The notes below the pieces were generated by a model. The model was not told where the DNA came from. It saw only the letters and a program-made list of their open reading frames with translations, and ran no database searches. Of a DNA stretch of 64,000 nucleotides, positions 1 through 13,374 are shown one piece after another (the first letter of the stretch is position 1; each line of letters begins with the position of its first letter). The translations under genes and the position numbers were made by a program. The stretch spans positions 41,790,001 to 41,854,000 of the forward strand of contig NC_087251.1 in the NCBI RefSeq assembly GCF_037042905.1. The letters are read 5' to 3'. The stretch comes from Lytechinus pictus. Its lineage: Eukaryota.

Positions 1-999
1 ACTTCTCTGGTGTGGATATATATAGATTCCGGGCTGGTGTTAAATCAACACCGGAGTTTTTTGGCAGTGCAGACACTCAAGCATTCAACTGATTACTTCC
101 TACCGGGTAACCATGTCTTACACATGGGTGGAGAATCATAAATGTATAAATAAACATATCGATCAGGATATACATATTTTAATGTATACCCCCAATTAAA
201 TATTTATTGTCTGACGTTATATGCTCTCACGCCTACACCAAAGCATTAGAAATATGTTTTTCTTATTATTTGCTTTATTCCAACACCCTTATACTTTCTT
301 CTCCCCCATTTTATAGCGGAAATACGAGAGCGATGATCGCTAACTGTATTTGGTAAACGCAAATAAACAAAGTACTCTACTTTTAAACCAATTTGCAATC
401 TGTTTGCTCATCACAAAATGTAGTATTGGTAAAGACAGAAAATCCTATTTATTCGTTGGAAGGTCGACGTAGGGGAGGTATTTTGCACGCAACAATAGAG
501 GCAAAGTTTGAGGAGCGAAGGCTTAACAGTTTCAACGACTTTTCTCTATTCTGCATGCTTTTGTTTCGCTCGATCGTTTCATTTCCACCTTTTGGGGGTC
601 TTTTATGGAAGGCGTTTATGGGAGTGACAGTGGTATCATTATGTACAGTAGAGATTACACAATTAGTAGATGAGCTTGTTCTGTATATCCCACCCGTTAT
701 TACCTTTCAAAAAGATTTTTAAAAATACCCTACAATCTCAGAAGAATGGTTTGGTCAAAAGAGCACAACTTTGACGAAAAATTACCACCTTGAAGAATGA
801 ACCCTAATGAACGAGATTAAAAGTTTCCCTCCTTATATTGGTCTTATACACATGTAAGTATGTTGATGGGTTTTTGTTGAATAGCTAGCAATCAGTAGTA
901 GTAATGGGTATTTGGGGTTAAAAATCATATCAAGAATAAACCGAGGATAAATCACTGACACCTGTGAAGAATTAATGAATCTTTGTTTCTATAACAATC

Positions 1000-1798
1000 A
1001 AGTCCACTCAAACAGCAAGTTGTATGAATAGAGAACATTATGAAAAAAAAGAGATGAACAAAATCGGATTTGAAATAAGAATAAGTTCTGAAATTCAATA
1101 TTTGCATAATTTCACCAAACAGTCAGGTCCCTCGGATAGGACCTATAAGCCTTCTGTCCTCTGGTTTCTTGGTTGCGGGAATTCATTCTCTCTTATAGCA
1201 ATCAGTCCAAAAAAATCATCATAGCGAAATAAATAGATAAATAGAGTAAAATTTACCGAGCAAAATATTGACGATGCATCGAAATCTGATAACAAATAAT
1301 GAAGTTATTGGATTTCAAAGTTACTCATATAAATATACATTTATATGCATATCGTCATGAATATTCATAAGGTGGACTGATGATGTCATGTACCCACTTT
1401 CCTTTTTCATATGAAATCCTATAATTATTTCACATTTGCATACATGTGTGTGTATCCCTTATAATAAAATAATTTTCGTCAATGAATATCTAATGCATTA
1501 AATCAGTTGTTAATCAAATTCTTATAATTCATGAAGGAAAAAAATTGAATAAATATAATCTAATTTAATAAAATACGAAATAACAAGTGGGGATATGACA
1601 TCATCAATTTGCTCATTGAATATTCGTGAAGAAATGCATACCATTCATACAGAACTGTTTCATCGAAATTTTGCGAATCTTTAACATGTCATAACTTTGT
1701 TATACCTGTCCAATTTTGTTCAAATTTGGAATGTTTTGTTTGTCTGAGTTTCTTTATATCTTCAAATCCCATCAGTTCAGCGCTGGGTACCCCTTTAA
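1000..1798. mobile_element. Degenerate TTAA MITE(s) related to family A
   Basis: CAAGTCCAC start, TGACATCATC..TTTGC..AT and TGTCATAACTTT blocks, CCCCTTTAA end. Confidence 0.55.
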
Positions 1799-3112
1799 TG
1801 AATCAGATAATTTCGTCGTTAGCCTGTAAGAATACCCCGAAATGGGGAATATTATTAATAAACTACGTAAAAAATACAGAAGACGTGCGTCGTGAGATTT
1901 TTAATTATGATGAAATTGATGATAACCCCACTAGAGTCAATTTCCATGAAAACGATGAAATAAGAGCTACTGCTTTAATCGCCTAAGCGAGATTAAGCAA
2001 TGCTTAATAACCAATAAGTGAGTTTCATCTCATTATATTACAATTATCACACTTAAGCTAATCTCTCAATAATAGGTCTTCATCAACCCTCTCAATCCAT
2101 GCACTTTCGAAGTGACAAGACAAGATCTTACGCGCGCAAACCACTCTATTAAAGACCAAGCAATAATTATTATTAGATAATGTACATTGAATAGGAGGTG
2201 TGTTTAATGCAAGAAATTTGTGATGTAAAATGTACATCGACACAGTTCGTTTCTTGTGTCACGCGTTATGTATTACTTATTTGGCCTGATATTGAAAACT
2301 ACAGTTGTACTAAAAAGTTAGTGCACTAATTTAGGCATGTTGACCACAACACTACAACGTTTGGCGAGTCCAGAGAAACAAACTACTAGTATATTGAATG
2401 TAATATTCTATCACAATTAAAGTTATGATGGCGGTCTCCAAGTCTGCGCACCTAACAATGTACCTAGGATTTTCTAAAGGGGGGGGGGCAAATTCTTCCG
2501 CCAAAAAATTTGACAAGAAAAAAAAAGAAAAAGGTCTTCATCAACCTTAAGTAAAGGAAATTTCGCACCAGAAAAAAAATTGACAAGCAAAAAAAAAAAA
2601 AAAAAAGGTCTTCAACCTCAAGTGAAAGACATTTCGCACCAGAAAAAAAAATTGACAAGCAAAAAAAAAAAAAGGTCTCCAAGTTTAAAGGAGGGGTCCT
2701 CAGGGATCAGTTTTGACTCGTCAGGGGGGGCATGGATACGTCCCTTGCATGTGTTGCGACTCGTCAGGGGGGGGGGGGGAAATTGCCCCCCCCCCTCCTT
2801 AGGTACGCTAATGGTCAATACTGAATATTTGAAATCTCAATGGGTTAATGTATATATTTAGAATTGGCCAGTGTCCTTTTTATGTTATTAAGGAATACAC
2901 AAATTATGATTTTATGTGTGTATTCTATAAAAAGAATAGAGGTCAAACGTGTGATTAAATAGCAGTTTCCAATCTTATAAGGGTACAGGGACTCTTAAAT
3001 CGTTAAAAAACCTCCTACTTTAAGTTCTTATCCGTTTTTTGTTTTAAATATATTTCAAAATCCTTCAAATATCTTTCTTTTCTTAATAACTGTGTAGATA
3101 TATGGTTTCATT

Positions 3113-3652
3113 CTAGGGAAATGAAACCTTTGGAATGAGTGGGCTCATGTATAGAAACAAAAAAATCAAAGAATAAGATCAAATAAAGTTTGAGAAAAAG
3201 CGGACAAATAATGAGAGAGGTATGAGCATTTGAATATTGCGATCACTAATGCTATGTGTAATGTCACATGTGAACAACTTTCCCTTTGATAAAATGCCAG
3301 ATAAAATGGCCCCAAAATGTATCTTTTTACTCTTTGTTATGGTGATAATGTATTCTTTGAAAATGTGTATAAAATGCCCTCCCATAGAAAAAATTAATAA
3401 TCTATTGATAGATGTTACAAAAAATAGGCAGTTTAAATGAAATATATACAAAAGAAAGGGCAAAGTTGTTCACATGTGACGTCACACATCTTTGTCGCAT
3501 GGCCAATAGGAGGATCTACATTACAATAATGATCTAAACTTAAAGTGCTCATTCATTCATTTTTTTCTCAAACTGTTGTTGATCTTTTTTTGTGTTGATT
3601 TTTCTGTTTTCGCACAAGCTATCTTGTTCCAAATGTTTCATTTTTCCTTTAA
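3113..3652. mobile_element. MITE family B copy
   Basis: GAAATGAAACC ... GTTTCATTTTTCCTTTAA; homologous to 58821-59412. Confidence 0.8.
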
Positions 3653-6474
3653 AAACTGATAGTCACGCCCTTCTTGTATAAGACACTGTATGGCTTCAGA
3701 CGATTATAATCAAGTATATAAGTATACGGTATGAAAATAACCATGCCATTGTCATGACATTGAAGAGGTCTTTTTATAGAAACTGCTGCAATATTTGGCT
3801 TCTTTACACACTTGAGATAAATGCAAAATGGACAACTAACTGACTAATGATAACGTAGGTGTGTTTTTATCTTTATTAAACACGTTTGAAACACACAAAA
3901 TAAAAAAATTGTCTGTTAACAAGCTAGATTGATGATACAGCTGACCTTCCTTCTATCGACTAACCACTTCTCTTTAATTTCATTTGATATCCATTAAAAT
4001 GATATTATGTTGATAGTTTTTTTTTCATCGATATATTTTGTAAAAAATTCTTTGATTTTATTTACAGTATTTTTATTCATTTATTTATTCATTTTGGTAA
4101 ATGGTGGTTCTATTTCTATTGTTTTTTATTTAATTTCTTTATTTCTTTCTTTCTTTATTCATTCATTTATTTATTTATGTATTTATTTATTTATTTGTTT
4201 AATTATTTATTTAATTATTTATTTACCTATCTAGTTAATACTTGTGTGAAATACTTGTGTGAAAAGCTTTGCATTAGTTCAGTAATTATATTTGCATCCG
4301 TATGATTTCTTTTGTTCTCTTTTTCTTTCCTGTAATACATATATGTACGCATATCAGAATAAGTCTACTATACTTTTTTCATTTCCAAGGGGGATCCACA
4401 CTTTACAAGCTTTGCTTTTTAGTGGATCCCCCTCATTTCCATTTATGCTCTATATTATACTGTTTTTTCTGTTTTGTTTTTTTACGAAGTAAGAATGCCC
4501 TTCTGTAAAATTGTACTTGATTTGTATTACTTTATATTACTTTGTATTATGTTTTTGAATGGAAATGAAATAAAAAGAATTGAATTGAAATACTGTTATC
4601 ATTATTATTTGTTTTGTGGGGGGTATTTCCAAAATACCTGAGACCTGACGCTTACAAGTTTCCAAAATTCAACATACTTACCTGTTTATGGGTCTTAAAT
4701 TGTTTTCACAATCGAATAATAGTTATTTTTTGATTGGCATCGATCAGTGTTATCTGGTCATAGCAGTGTTTTCCCCGCTGAGTTGTTATTAATGCACATG
4801 CTGAATTCCTGCATACGATAATGAACATGGATAATTAACTTTTTCATACTTGTGATAGGTTCTTCTTTTTTACATCTTTCTTTGGTACAAAACTTATGCA
4901 GATCCTTTAAATCTGCTATTTTTCATACGTATTCATAATATTGCATACACCGTGTGTTGATGGGTTTAGTGGATCTTAATGTTTGCCTGACATAGTGTTT
5001 GAGCCCGGGTTTGCAGTTGGACCGTTCGGAATTTGAAATGGTTTTGTCGGTTGAATGGATGATCATGGATCCATATCACTGTAATTATTATTATTTTTTT
5101 AAGCACATGTGCCTTCAAATGTAAAATCGTTTCTATGGATAAATTTCATTCATACTACTGGCCTGGTAAACGTATTCTGGCTCAGGCTACTCATAGTAAA
5201 CCTAATTTCATCTTGGTGTGAATAAAACATTAGTTAAGCAGTTATGTCACGCTGATTTGTTTTGACTTGATTTTCTTCTTTTCATCGGTTAGAATCGAGA
5301 TGTATTATAACAGCTTAGTCAGATGGACAGCAATATTTTTTTTTAGTCCTTTATTCTCGACAATGAATTTTTGTATGTGCAATGATTATCATTGATCCAT
5401 ATTATTGTCATGATAACTGAGTAGCGCATCGTCTCTCCTCGTTATTATTTTTACATTACTCAAGTCATGCATTATGTTGTTGTTTATTTCACTTTTTTCT
5501 TTCCTTCTTTTGGCCACTATCATTATTCTAATTATGTTATGGAGTATTAATGAATAATTTGATTTGAGGGGTCCACGATGTACAAGCACATCTTCACAGT
5601 GGACCTCTCCATTTCCAGCATGTTATTTTCAGATACAAATATTTAATGATCCTAAGTTTCAAATGTATAATTATGACACACACACATTGTGTTGCATGTT
5701 TCTTTATTACATTTCAATTGTTATAACTGTATTTTTTTTAATGAATTTTGTCTACTGTTTTGTTGGAAATTAGAAAAAAATAAAACTGAAACTGGATAGG
5801 CCCTATATTGAAGTGAGCAAAAACTTGTGAAACCTCAACATTGATAATGACACAAAGAGGCCCAATGGATTATGAACAGGGGAGAAAAAGAAATAATTAT
5901 AAAAAAATATAAAAATGTTCTTGCTGGACCTAATTTATCTATATTATACACCCACCCGGTTCGTTTCATATACGTAACAATCCAGATTAAAATATTTAAA
6001 AAAATGACCTCATCCCAGAAATGAAGAAACAGTGTGTCCTGATCGAATGACGTGTTTGCGCATGAGTAGAAGATGGCAACCACCATCGTATACAAAACAG
6101 AAAATAACGGGTCCATTTTCTGACTGCCAAATTATTGACTGAACAGATTTCCTCACATTACCCAATAGGTCAACTGCAAAGTACTTTAAGGTTTAATAAA
6201 ATCCATTCTCACTTAAGACCTTTTCTCTCTATGTACTCAGTTACTCATCACTGTCCAGTTCTTGAAATGAAAGGAGTTTGCCTCTTGGATTAGATCATGC
6301 TAACTGCTACTGTTTCACCGGATATTTGAACGAGGGTGTTGAGCTAATTTGTTTCTTGGTTTTTAGAAAGGAGACAAGATAAATGATTGCTTTTGGATAA
6401 GATGTTGTCATAATCGGACATGCGTGGGAATCTATGTGGGAGGGAGAAGAGCGGGGTTTGTCCGTCCTCCCGAG

Positions 6475-8175
6475 CAGAGGCGTCGATCCTGGGGGGCAGG
6501 GGGGGCGATCGCCCCACCAATGAAAATATTGGGGGGGGGGCAAACAAATCGTTTTGCCCCCCCCCCCCCCCCGGGCCCCAATAATTCCGGACGTGCAAAA
6601 ATAAAATAAGATTATAATGTTAAGCAAGCGAGATTGAGAAACACAAATCGTTCTTTATTACAAATCGTGCTCAAAATGTCCGCTTTTCAGATTGGAATGT
6701 AAAAATTTTCAGCTCGCGCTTCGCGCTCGCATCATTTCTGTAGCAAAAACCCATAGTTTTCATGATGAAATAGGTGAATAGATTGTCCCGTTTTCAGTTC
6801 TAAACCTCAAAAGAACTCCCGCTTCGATTTGCAATAATCTTTTGTTGGATATATATCTTGTTTTTTTTAATCAAAAACGTCCATTAAACTGTCATTTTTT
6901 CAGATCGAAATATAAAAATTTTCAGCTCGCACTTCGCGCTCGCATCTATTGTTCTTTTAGATACCAATCTTAATCATTGGTACCAAAAATGCTTACAATA
7001 TCAAGCTTTCAGGTCAGAATATAAAGAAATTTCAGCTCGCTCTCGGCACTCGCATTATCTGTTTAGTGAAATATGTATCTTCCTCATGAGTTACTACAAA
7101 CAGTCCTAAACACTGAGGTACGCTTTTCCTGTTTTAAGGACGTTCCACATTTAAAGTGAAATCCATGTCATTTTCACCAAACTTTGCACATAGATACTTT
7201 AGAACCTTAATATTCGAAATATGCAAAAATTAACATAGGTCCATGTGCTTGATTTTTTGCTATAGAGCTTCAAAGTTCACCCAAATTGATGTTCTTAAGA
7301 ATTGCGCATTCAAAAAAATTTGGCATTTTTAGACCGCCCAAGATTACTACAATGAGTTTAATCCTCCATTACTCGGTCAAAATACATGAAAAAGTCATCA
7401 AATTTCGCAAGAGAGTTAATAATTGTATCGTTAGAATGGAGAATCTATTAATAGTGCTATTTGTTTGCAATTTTAAGTTTAACAGCACTGTCAGTTCTTA
7501 AAAATGGCGTAAAAGATAACAAAATCCCAATCTAAAAAATGTAAAATTTCAGTAACAAACTACAAACGTACAATAAATGCTGCACTTTATTCAAAATCCA
7601 TGTCATTTTCACCAAAATTTGCAGAGTTGTAGAGGAAGGTATACCTAAGAGGTACAAACATTAAAAAATAGGGGTTCATGTGCTTGTTTTTAAACTATCA
7701 GCATTTTTATTAGAGCAAATGTGCTTTTTAAAACACCAAAAATGGGCCGAATGCTTAGTATCTATGTGAAGAAAAAATCAAAACCACTCTACCATTTATT
7801 CAAACTCGGGGTAATATTCGTGATTCTTGGCAGCACTGCAGAGTAAAGTATTTTGAAATTGTAGAGAATATTTTTTTGAATGGTCCATGGAATAATTCAA
7901 TTTTTTAGCTTCATGAAATAACGCATCGGATCTGCAGTTAAAGTGCAGAAGGTGAGAAAAATCAGCTCATACCCGCAACTAATTAATCACCTGTTCATCC
8001 ATTGTGACGTCAGCGCGCAGAGTGTAAACTATGCGCAGATCATAATGCGCACAAATATAACTGTGGAACGTCCTTAAGGTCAGTATACAAAAAAATTTCA
8101 GCTCGCGCTTTGCGCTCGCATTAATTTGTTGGTGAGATACGTGTCTGTATCTCATGAGTCATATATATATATAAA

Positions 8176-8218
<43 letters not shown>

Positions 8219-8321
8219 GCCTATATGTGTGGGTGGGTGTTTTGTACGATCGAGCGCCTTTGGAACGTTGATTCATGATTTTGCCCCCCCCCCCAATCGA
8301 AAAAATGGATCGACGCCCCTG
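6475..8321. mobile_element. hAT-like non-autonomous element
   Basis: TIR CAGAGGCGTCGATCC / GGATCGACGCCCCTG; 8-bp TSD CTCCCGAG at 6467-6474 and 8322-8329; internal CAGCTCGCGCTTCGCGCTCGCA repeats. Confidence 0.88.
7138..8073. mobile_element. TTAA-flanked MITE (Kolobok-like termini) nested in the hAT-like element
   Basis: TTAA|GGACGTTCCACA ... TGTGGAACGTCC|TTAA; perfect 12-bp TIR. Confidence 0.88.
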
Positions 8322-8652
8322 CTCCCGAGTGGGGGGGGGGCAGCAAGATCATGCGTGGGAATCTATGTGGGAGGGAGGAGAGTGGGGTTTGTCCGCTTTT
8401 CCGAGGGGGGGGGGGGCATCAAGATCATGCGTGGGAATCTATGTGGGACGGAGGAGAGTGGGGTTTGTCCACCCTCCCGAGTGGGTGGGGGCAGCAAGAT
8501 CATGCGTGGGAATCTATGTGGGACGGAGGAGAGCGGGGTTTGTCCGTCCTCCCGAGTGGGTGGGGGCAGCAAGATCATGCGTGGGAATCTATGTGGGACG
8601 GAGGAGAGCGGGGTTTGTACGCCCTTCCGAGTGAGTGGGGGCAGCAAGATTC
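8322..8652. repeat. GC-rich 75-bp minisatellite (about 4.4 units; a further partial unit at about 6418-6474)
   Basis: Unit GCAGCAAGATCATGCGTGGGAATCTATGTGGGACGGAGGAGAGCGGGGTTTGTCCGTCCTCCCGAGTGGGTGGGG starts at about 8340, 8415, 8491, 8566 and 8641. Confidence 0.9.
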
Positions 8653-10763
8653 ATCAAAGGATTCTTTGCTGAGCGTCGATTGGATGATTTTCTCATAAAT
8701 AATACGGAAAACAATAATAGCCCAACAGCAACTTTAAAAAGAAGAAGAATGCATTGACTTTTCTAGCTCAAAAAAAATAGTCATATTTCTATTTCAAGTC
8801 TACAAACTACAAATCACTGTTTTTTTATAATTTACATAATTTTCATATAAACATGGTGGGTAAAATCGAATCATGTCTATTACTATATGCATCAGAAAGT
8901 CAGTATTGTCTGATGTATTTCACAGTAATACATATCGTGTAACTATTACTTCCGACCATATTCAGTCCACTAATTGCCCGACCTGGAGGTCTTATCCTAC
9001 TCCATCGTCGTATCCCCTTACGGAATTGGGTGGGTCAGGAGCAGGGGGCGCGGGGCAGAGGGCGTCAGCCCTTCTGAAAAAATCTTTATGACTTTTTTTT
9101 AGGGAATTGTCATAATTTTTTGATGGGAATTTTTTTCCGGAAATGGCAGTGACCTGTAACCCTTGACATTTTGATTTTGTCAAGATCTTTGACCTTTTTT
9201 CTCCTTTTTTAGTTGTCAGAAATTATTTTCTCCGCTCCTGACGCATTTGTCCAGGCACACCACTGATCGTGACGCCATCTGTGAGCAATCGCTCCTCATC
9301 CCCTCCCCTTTATATTTACTCCACCCAAAAAAATATGGTGACTTGTATCATTATTTCAGGGGGGTGCATATTTAATCCATATCAAACAACATTTTCACTA
9401 TTTTACCATACCGCATGATACACCTTCTGCACCAAGTATTCCTCCCTAACAAAAGCTCAGGAATTTACCATTCTTGCCTGTTGATTTTTAAACTATATTT
9501 TAAAGTTCTATTTCAGGCACAAAATTTGCTTGAGGTTTTCTTTTTTTTTCTGGCAAAGCGAAACACCCTGCTGATACATATGAATACAATGGTGTCATAA
9601 GCCAAAAATATAATTTAGGGGTTAGGCGAATAGGGCAAAATTAATCTAAGTTGCGAGCGAGCAAAAATTTCAAATATTTTATATTCAGAAAATAATTCTA
9701 TTTCACCTTTCTCTCTTTCCTTTTTCTTACCTTTTCTCTTTTTTTTGGCAGTGATTTTTTTTTTTTTTTTTTGGGGGGGGGGTTGGGAAGCGCTCCAATC
9801 CCACCCGCCCCGTCCCCATTTGTACGGCACTGGGTGAATATGCCTGAAGATGAGGCTTTTTTCATATTTCTTCATTGTCATTGTTAGTTTGTGAGAATCT
9901 GTGTATACATGACACCACTGGAATCGTGCAATTCGTTAGATATACGTACCTTGCCTTTTCACGATTCACGATCTATAAAATGCTCCTGGTGTTCTCTGTT
10001 CTATAGTCAGTATAAGAACAAAAATATTTCGAATTCTCATCGTTTTTCAACTAAGCAACAATATATAAAAAGGCTGTCGGAGTCTAAAAATATCTGTTTC
10101 GCCCAGCGAAAAGATTGTTTAAATTTATATAATACCAATATTGGAAACATTTAATTGCTTATTTAAATTTATTTCCCTTCATTGATTTTAGGATACCTTA
10201 TAGAATGAAGCACGTATTTTTTTTGTTATGCAAATTAAGCCTGCTAAGTGGAGTTCTGTGCATCGGTATGTTGACGTGTCGCACTCCATTTTTGAAAGGT
10301 TCAGGAGTCAAGACGCTTGTATCGGCCTCCGCAGTTTTGGGGAAACTTTCAGTTGTTAAACGTGATTTTATGTCTCGCCAGAAAAGAGTAAGTGTTCTGG
10401 AATTCATTAAATCTTTGATATGTTTCATATTTTGTCTGACAAGTTAGATAAATTCAGTTTAAAATGTCTCAATTTGTCCGGTTTAGGAACAAAGGCAGGG
10501 CGTTTTAGGTTCCGGTTTTCCGGTTCGCGGATTCGGATTTCCGGTTTTATCTAGATTCATTATAAATTATGCTGAATTGAAAACGTTGAGCCACCAAAGT
10601 GAAATGTTGTATGATTTGTATTAAGAACTTATTATTTGCGAAATGAAAAGGAAAATAATGATATTATGATTTTGATATAACAGAGCAGAATATTATTCGC
10701 ATAGATAAACGTATTGACAAGTTTTGATTTAGAATCAAATGAATGTTTAACTTCATTGATGTA

Positions 10764-11232
10764 TATAGTGAGTGCTTGTATTACCGACCGGCCTTGTATT
10801 ACCGAACGCGCGCATCAGAAATAATTTCATACGCTCAAAATTTTGCAGAATCCTTCCAAAGAGAACTTGAATAGAAAGATGATGAAAAATGGTAAAAACA
10901 CATTTTCAAAGTCTTAATATTCTAAAAATAATAGAATATGGTCAAAATAGCTCATCAGTGATTTTGTTGTTTTCTCAACTTTTCCCATATAAAACACACG
11001 TTCGGTAATACGATACCTTTTTCAAGTGACCAAAATATTTCACATGCGAAGAGGGGTCCGATTGGAAGCTAATATCGTAAAAAGGAAATACAATTTCGGC
11101 AAATTTTTTACATATTTATATTTTGTAGGTAATTGTGTATTTATGGTGAAAGTTTTGTGAATTTTATGAGAATAATGTGTTTGATATGATTGAATTCATG
11201 AAAAGTGTTCGGTAATACGATCCACTACCATA
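10764..11232. mobile_element. MITE with GTATTACCGAAC subterminal inverted repeats
   Basis: TGTATTACCGA twice at the left end; GTTCGGTAATACGA twice toward the right end. Confidence 0.65.
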
Positions 11233-11892
11233 CTAAGAGAAGTATTTGGTTATTGCTCTACAAATACGTGTATTTTAATTACTGGCAAAGGAATTATTTT
11301 ATGTAGTAGCCAATTGTTATTGTTTGTGAAAAGAATTAGAAACAAATTCATATAAGCTTTGCCTTGTTATAACTAAGTTGAATTATGTCTATGCAAGATA
11401 AGCAAAGTTATTGAAATCAATGTGTGCATAGCTAAAGGGCAAATTGATAAAGTCATAAAGTTGTGACTAATTCTAAACTACAAGAATTTCAAAGATATTA
11501 CCTCTGCATTATATTATTTAAGGAAACAGACGTGAATTATAATCATTATTTCGATAACAATTCGGTTTCATGATCATTATGATTATACTGTTTTAAAGAT
11601 AATAGACAATGATTGTTCATATATGAGAACAACAATGAAATAATTACACGTGGAACAATATGCAGTGTGATAAAACAATTTTATTTATTAACTTGCTGTA
11701 AACTGAACCATGAAATCATTTATGTAAACAAAAACTTATTGTTTTATATATTTTGTTCAAACAGATCGAATAAATATACATTTAATTACGTTCTATATCG
11801 GTACGGCGGGATATAACGGATAGTGTTCCTTCTTTCGACTATCCAATATCCTAAATCCGTTACATAGAAAGTTATGCACTAAATAAAGAACC

Positions 11893-12180
11893 TTTCTTCT
11901 TCTTCTCCTCCTCCTCCCCCTCATCCCCCTTCTTCTACTTCTTCTTCTTCTCCTCCTCGTCTTCCTCCTCCTCCTCCTTCTTCTTCTTCTCCTCCTCCTC
12001 CTTCTTCTACTTATTCTACTTCTCCTCCTCCTTCCCCTCATCCCCCTTCTTCTTCTTCTTCTTGTCCTCCTCCTCCTTCTTCTCCTCCTCCTCGCCCCTC
12101 TCGTCCTAGCCCTCCTCCTCCTTCTTATTCTTCATCTTCATCATCTTTTTCTTCTCCTTTTCCTTCTTCATCTTCTTCTA
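11893..12180. repeat. (CTT)n/(CTC)n polypyrimidine microsatellite
   Basis: About 290 bp of almost pure C/T triplets. Confidence 0.95.
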
Positions 12181-13227
12181 TAGCATAATAGCAAATGCAC
12201 AATTTTTAAAGTTTATTATCAGCCAATTAAACTGAATTATTACAGTAGTTTTTAGACTGTTATTGAAAATTAGTTGTAACAAGTTTTATGAAACGGACAC
12301 CTAGAAAGCGTTCCATGAAAGGACTTGTCAGAGATATTATCCGACAATTTCTGTTTTATCCGTCAATTACCATAGTAACGGTGCTTCTCAGCCAATCAGA
12401 ATCAGGGAAAGTTGTCAGAGTACTTGTGGTACAAGAACTGTTGATGATATGCTCCCCTGATTATCAGCGCAATGGCATGCATGGATCCGACCCAGGATTT
12501 CAAAAATAGGGACGGTGGGGGCATATCAATTTCGTTGGTTTCTTCAGATTTTGTTGGCAATAAAATGTAAGTTTCTGACTAATATTACAACGTCATTTTC
12601 GTTTCTACTTCAAAGGGCGAACACGGCGAAGGAAGCACAATCACTGAAAAGGGGAAGGCCTCTTAGGAAGAGACACATAATGTACAATTTGGGAAGTGTT
12701 TGGTGAGGGTGGGGTATAAACCCCTGTTCCCCTTGTAATTGTACACCTGTCCATACCTTATGAACCTACCCATCATTCAAGAAGACAACCAATTTCATTA
12801 CCAAGCTTGATAAAGCAAAATGATTATCATATTAGTGACACGCATCTGTCGACTGGGCCAAAAGGAGGTATACCCTCCGTTCCTATATGGGATGACATCA
12901 GCGGTGGATGCATGATGGCAAGGCTCAAAGAGCAATGATAAGAGAGACAAACCCCAGCTAGAATTCCATCCTCATGGTGATAGCATCCTGCCTCTTGATC
13001 ACGTGGGCAGTGATAACAAACCATCGAATCAAAATGAAACCATTCCTTGCATTCTCACCACGACACATCAAAATTATTATTATTATTGATTGGAAGTTTC
13101 TTGAGAAGCTGAAATTGTGGCATTCTTGGCGGCTAATATCCATACCAACCGCTGTGAATTGAAGTTACTAGATTTTGCACTTGTTGAATAAAACGAGACC
13201 AGGGGAATCGAACATTTGAATGATGTC

Positions 13228-13374
13228 ATGTCGACGTTTCAGCTTCGTCAACGACGGGTTCGTCAGAACGCCACAGCTCGAGAACGACGACGGTTGGCTG
13301 AAGTAAACCGTGCGTATTCTAACCTCAGCAATCACGTTCCTCAACATTTATTGGGAAATGCTACTAAGTTAGAG
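13228..13374 (+). CDS. bHLH gene coding exon 1 (basic region, helix 1, loop)
   Basis: ATG at 13228; encodes RQNATARERRRLAEVNRAYSNLSNHVP; ends at a GT donor. Confidence 0.85.

Noticed and set aside
393..722. 109-aa ORF at the window start
   Set aside because: Non-ATG start and no recognisable motif; I could not link it to other exons.
8217..8698. Repetitive ORFs in four frames, or a CRISPR-like array
   Set aside because: It is a head-to-tail 75-bp minisatellite with no unique spacers and no cas genes.
11793..12041. Arg-rich, protamine-like ORF on -
   Set aside because: It is the translation of a (CTT/CTC)n microsatellite, with no other gene evidence.
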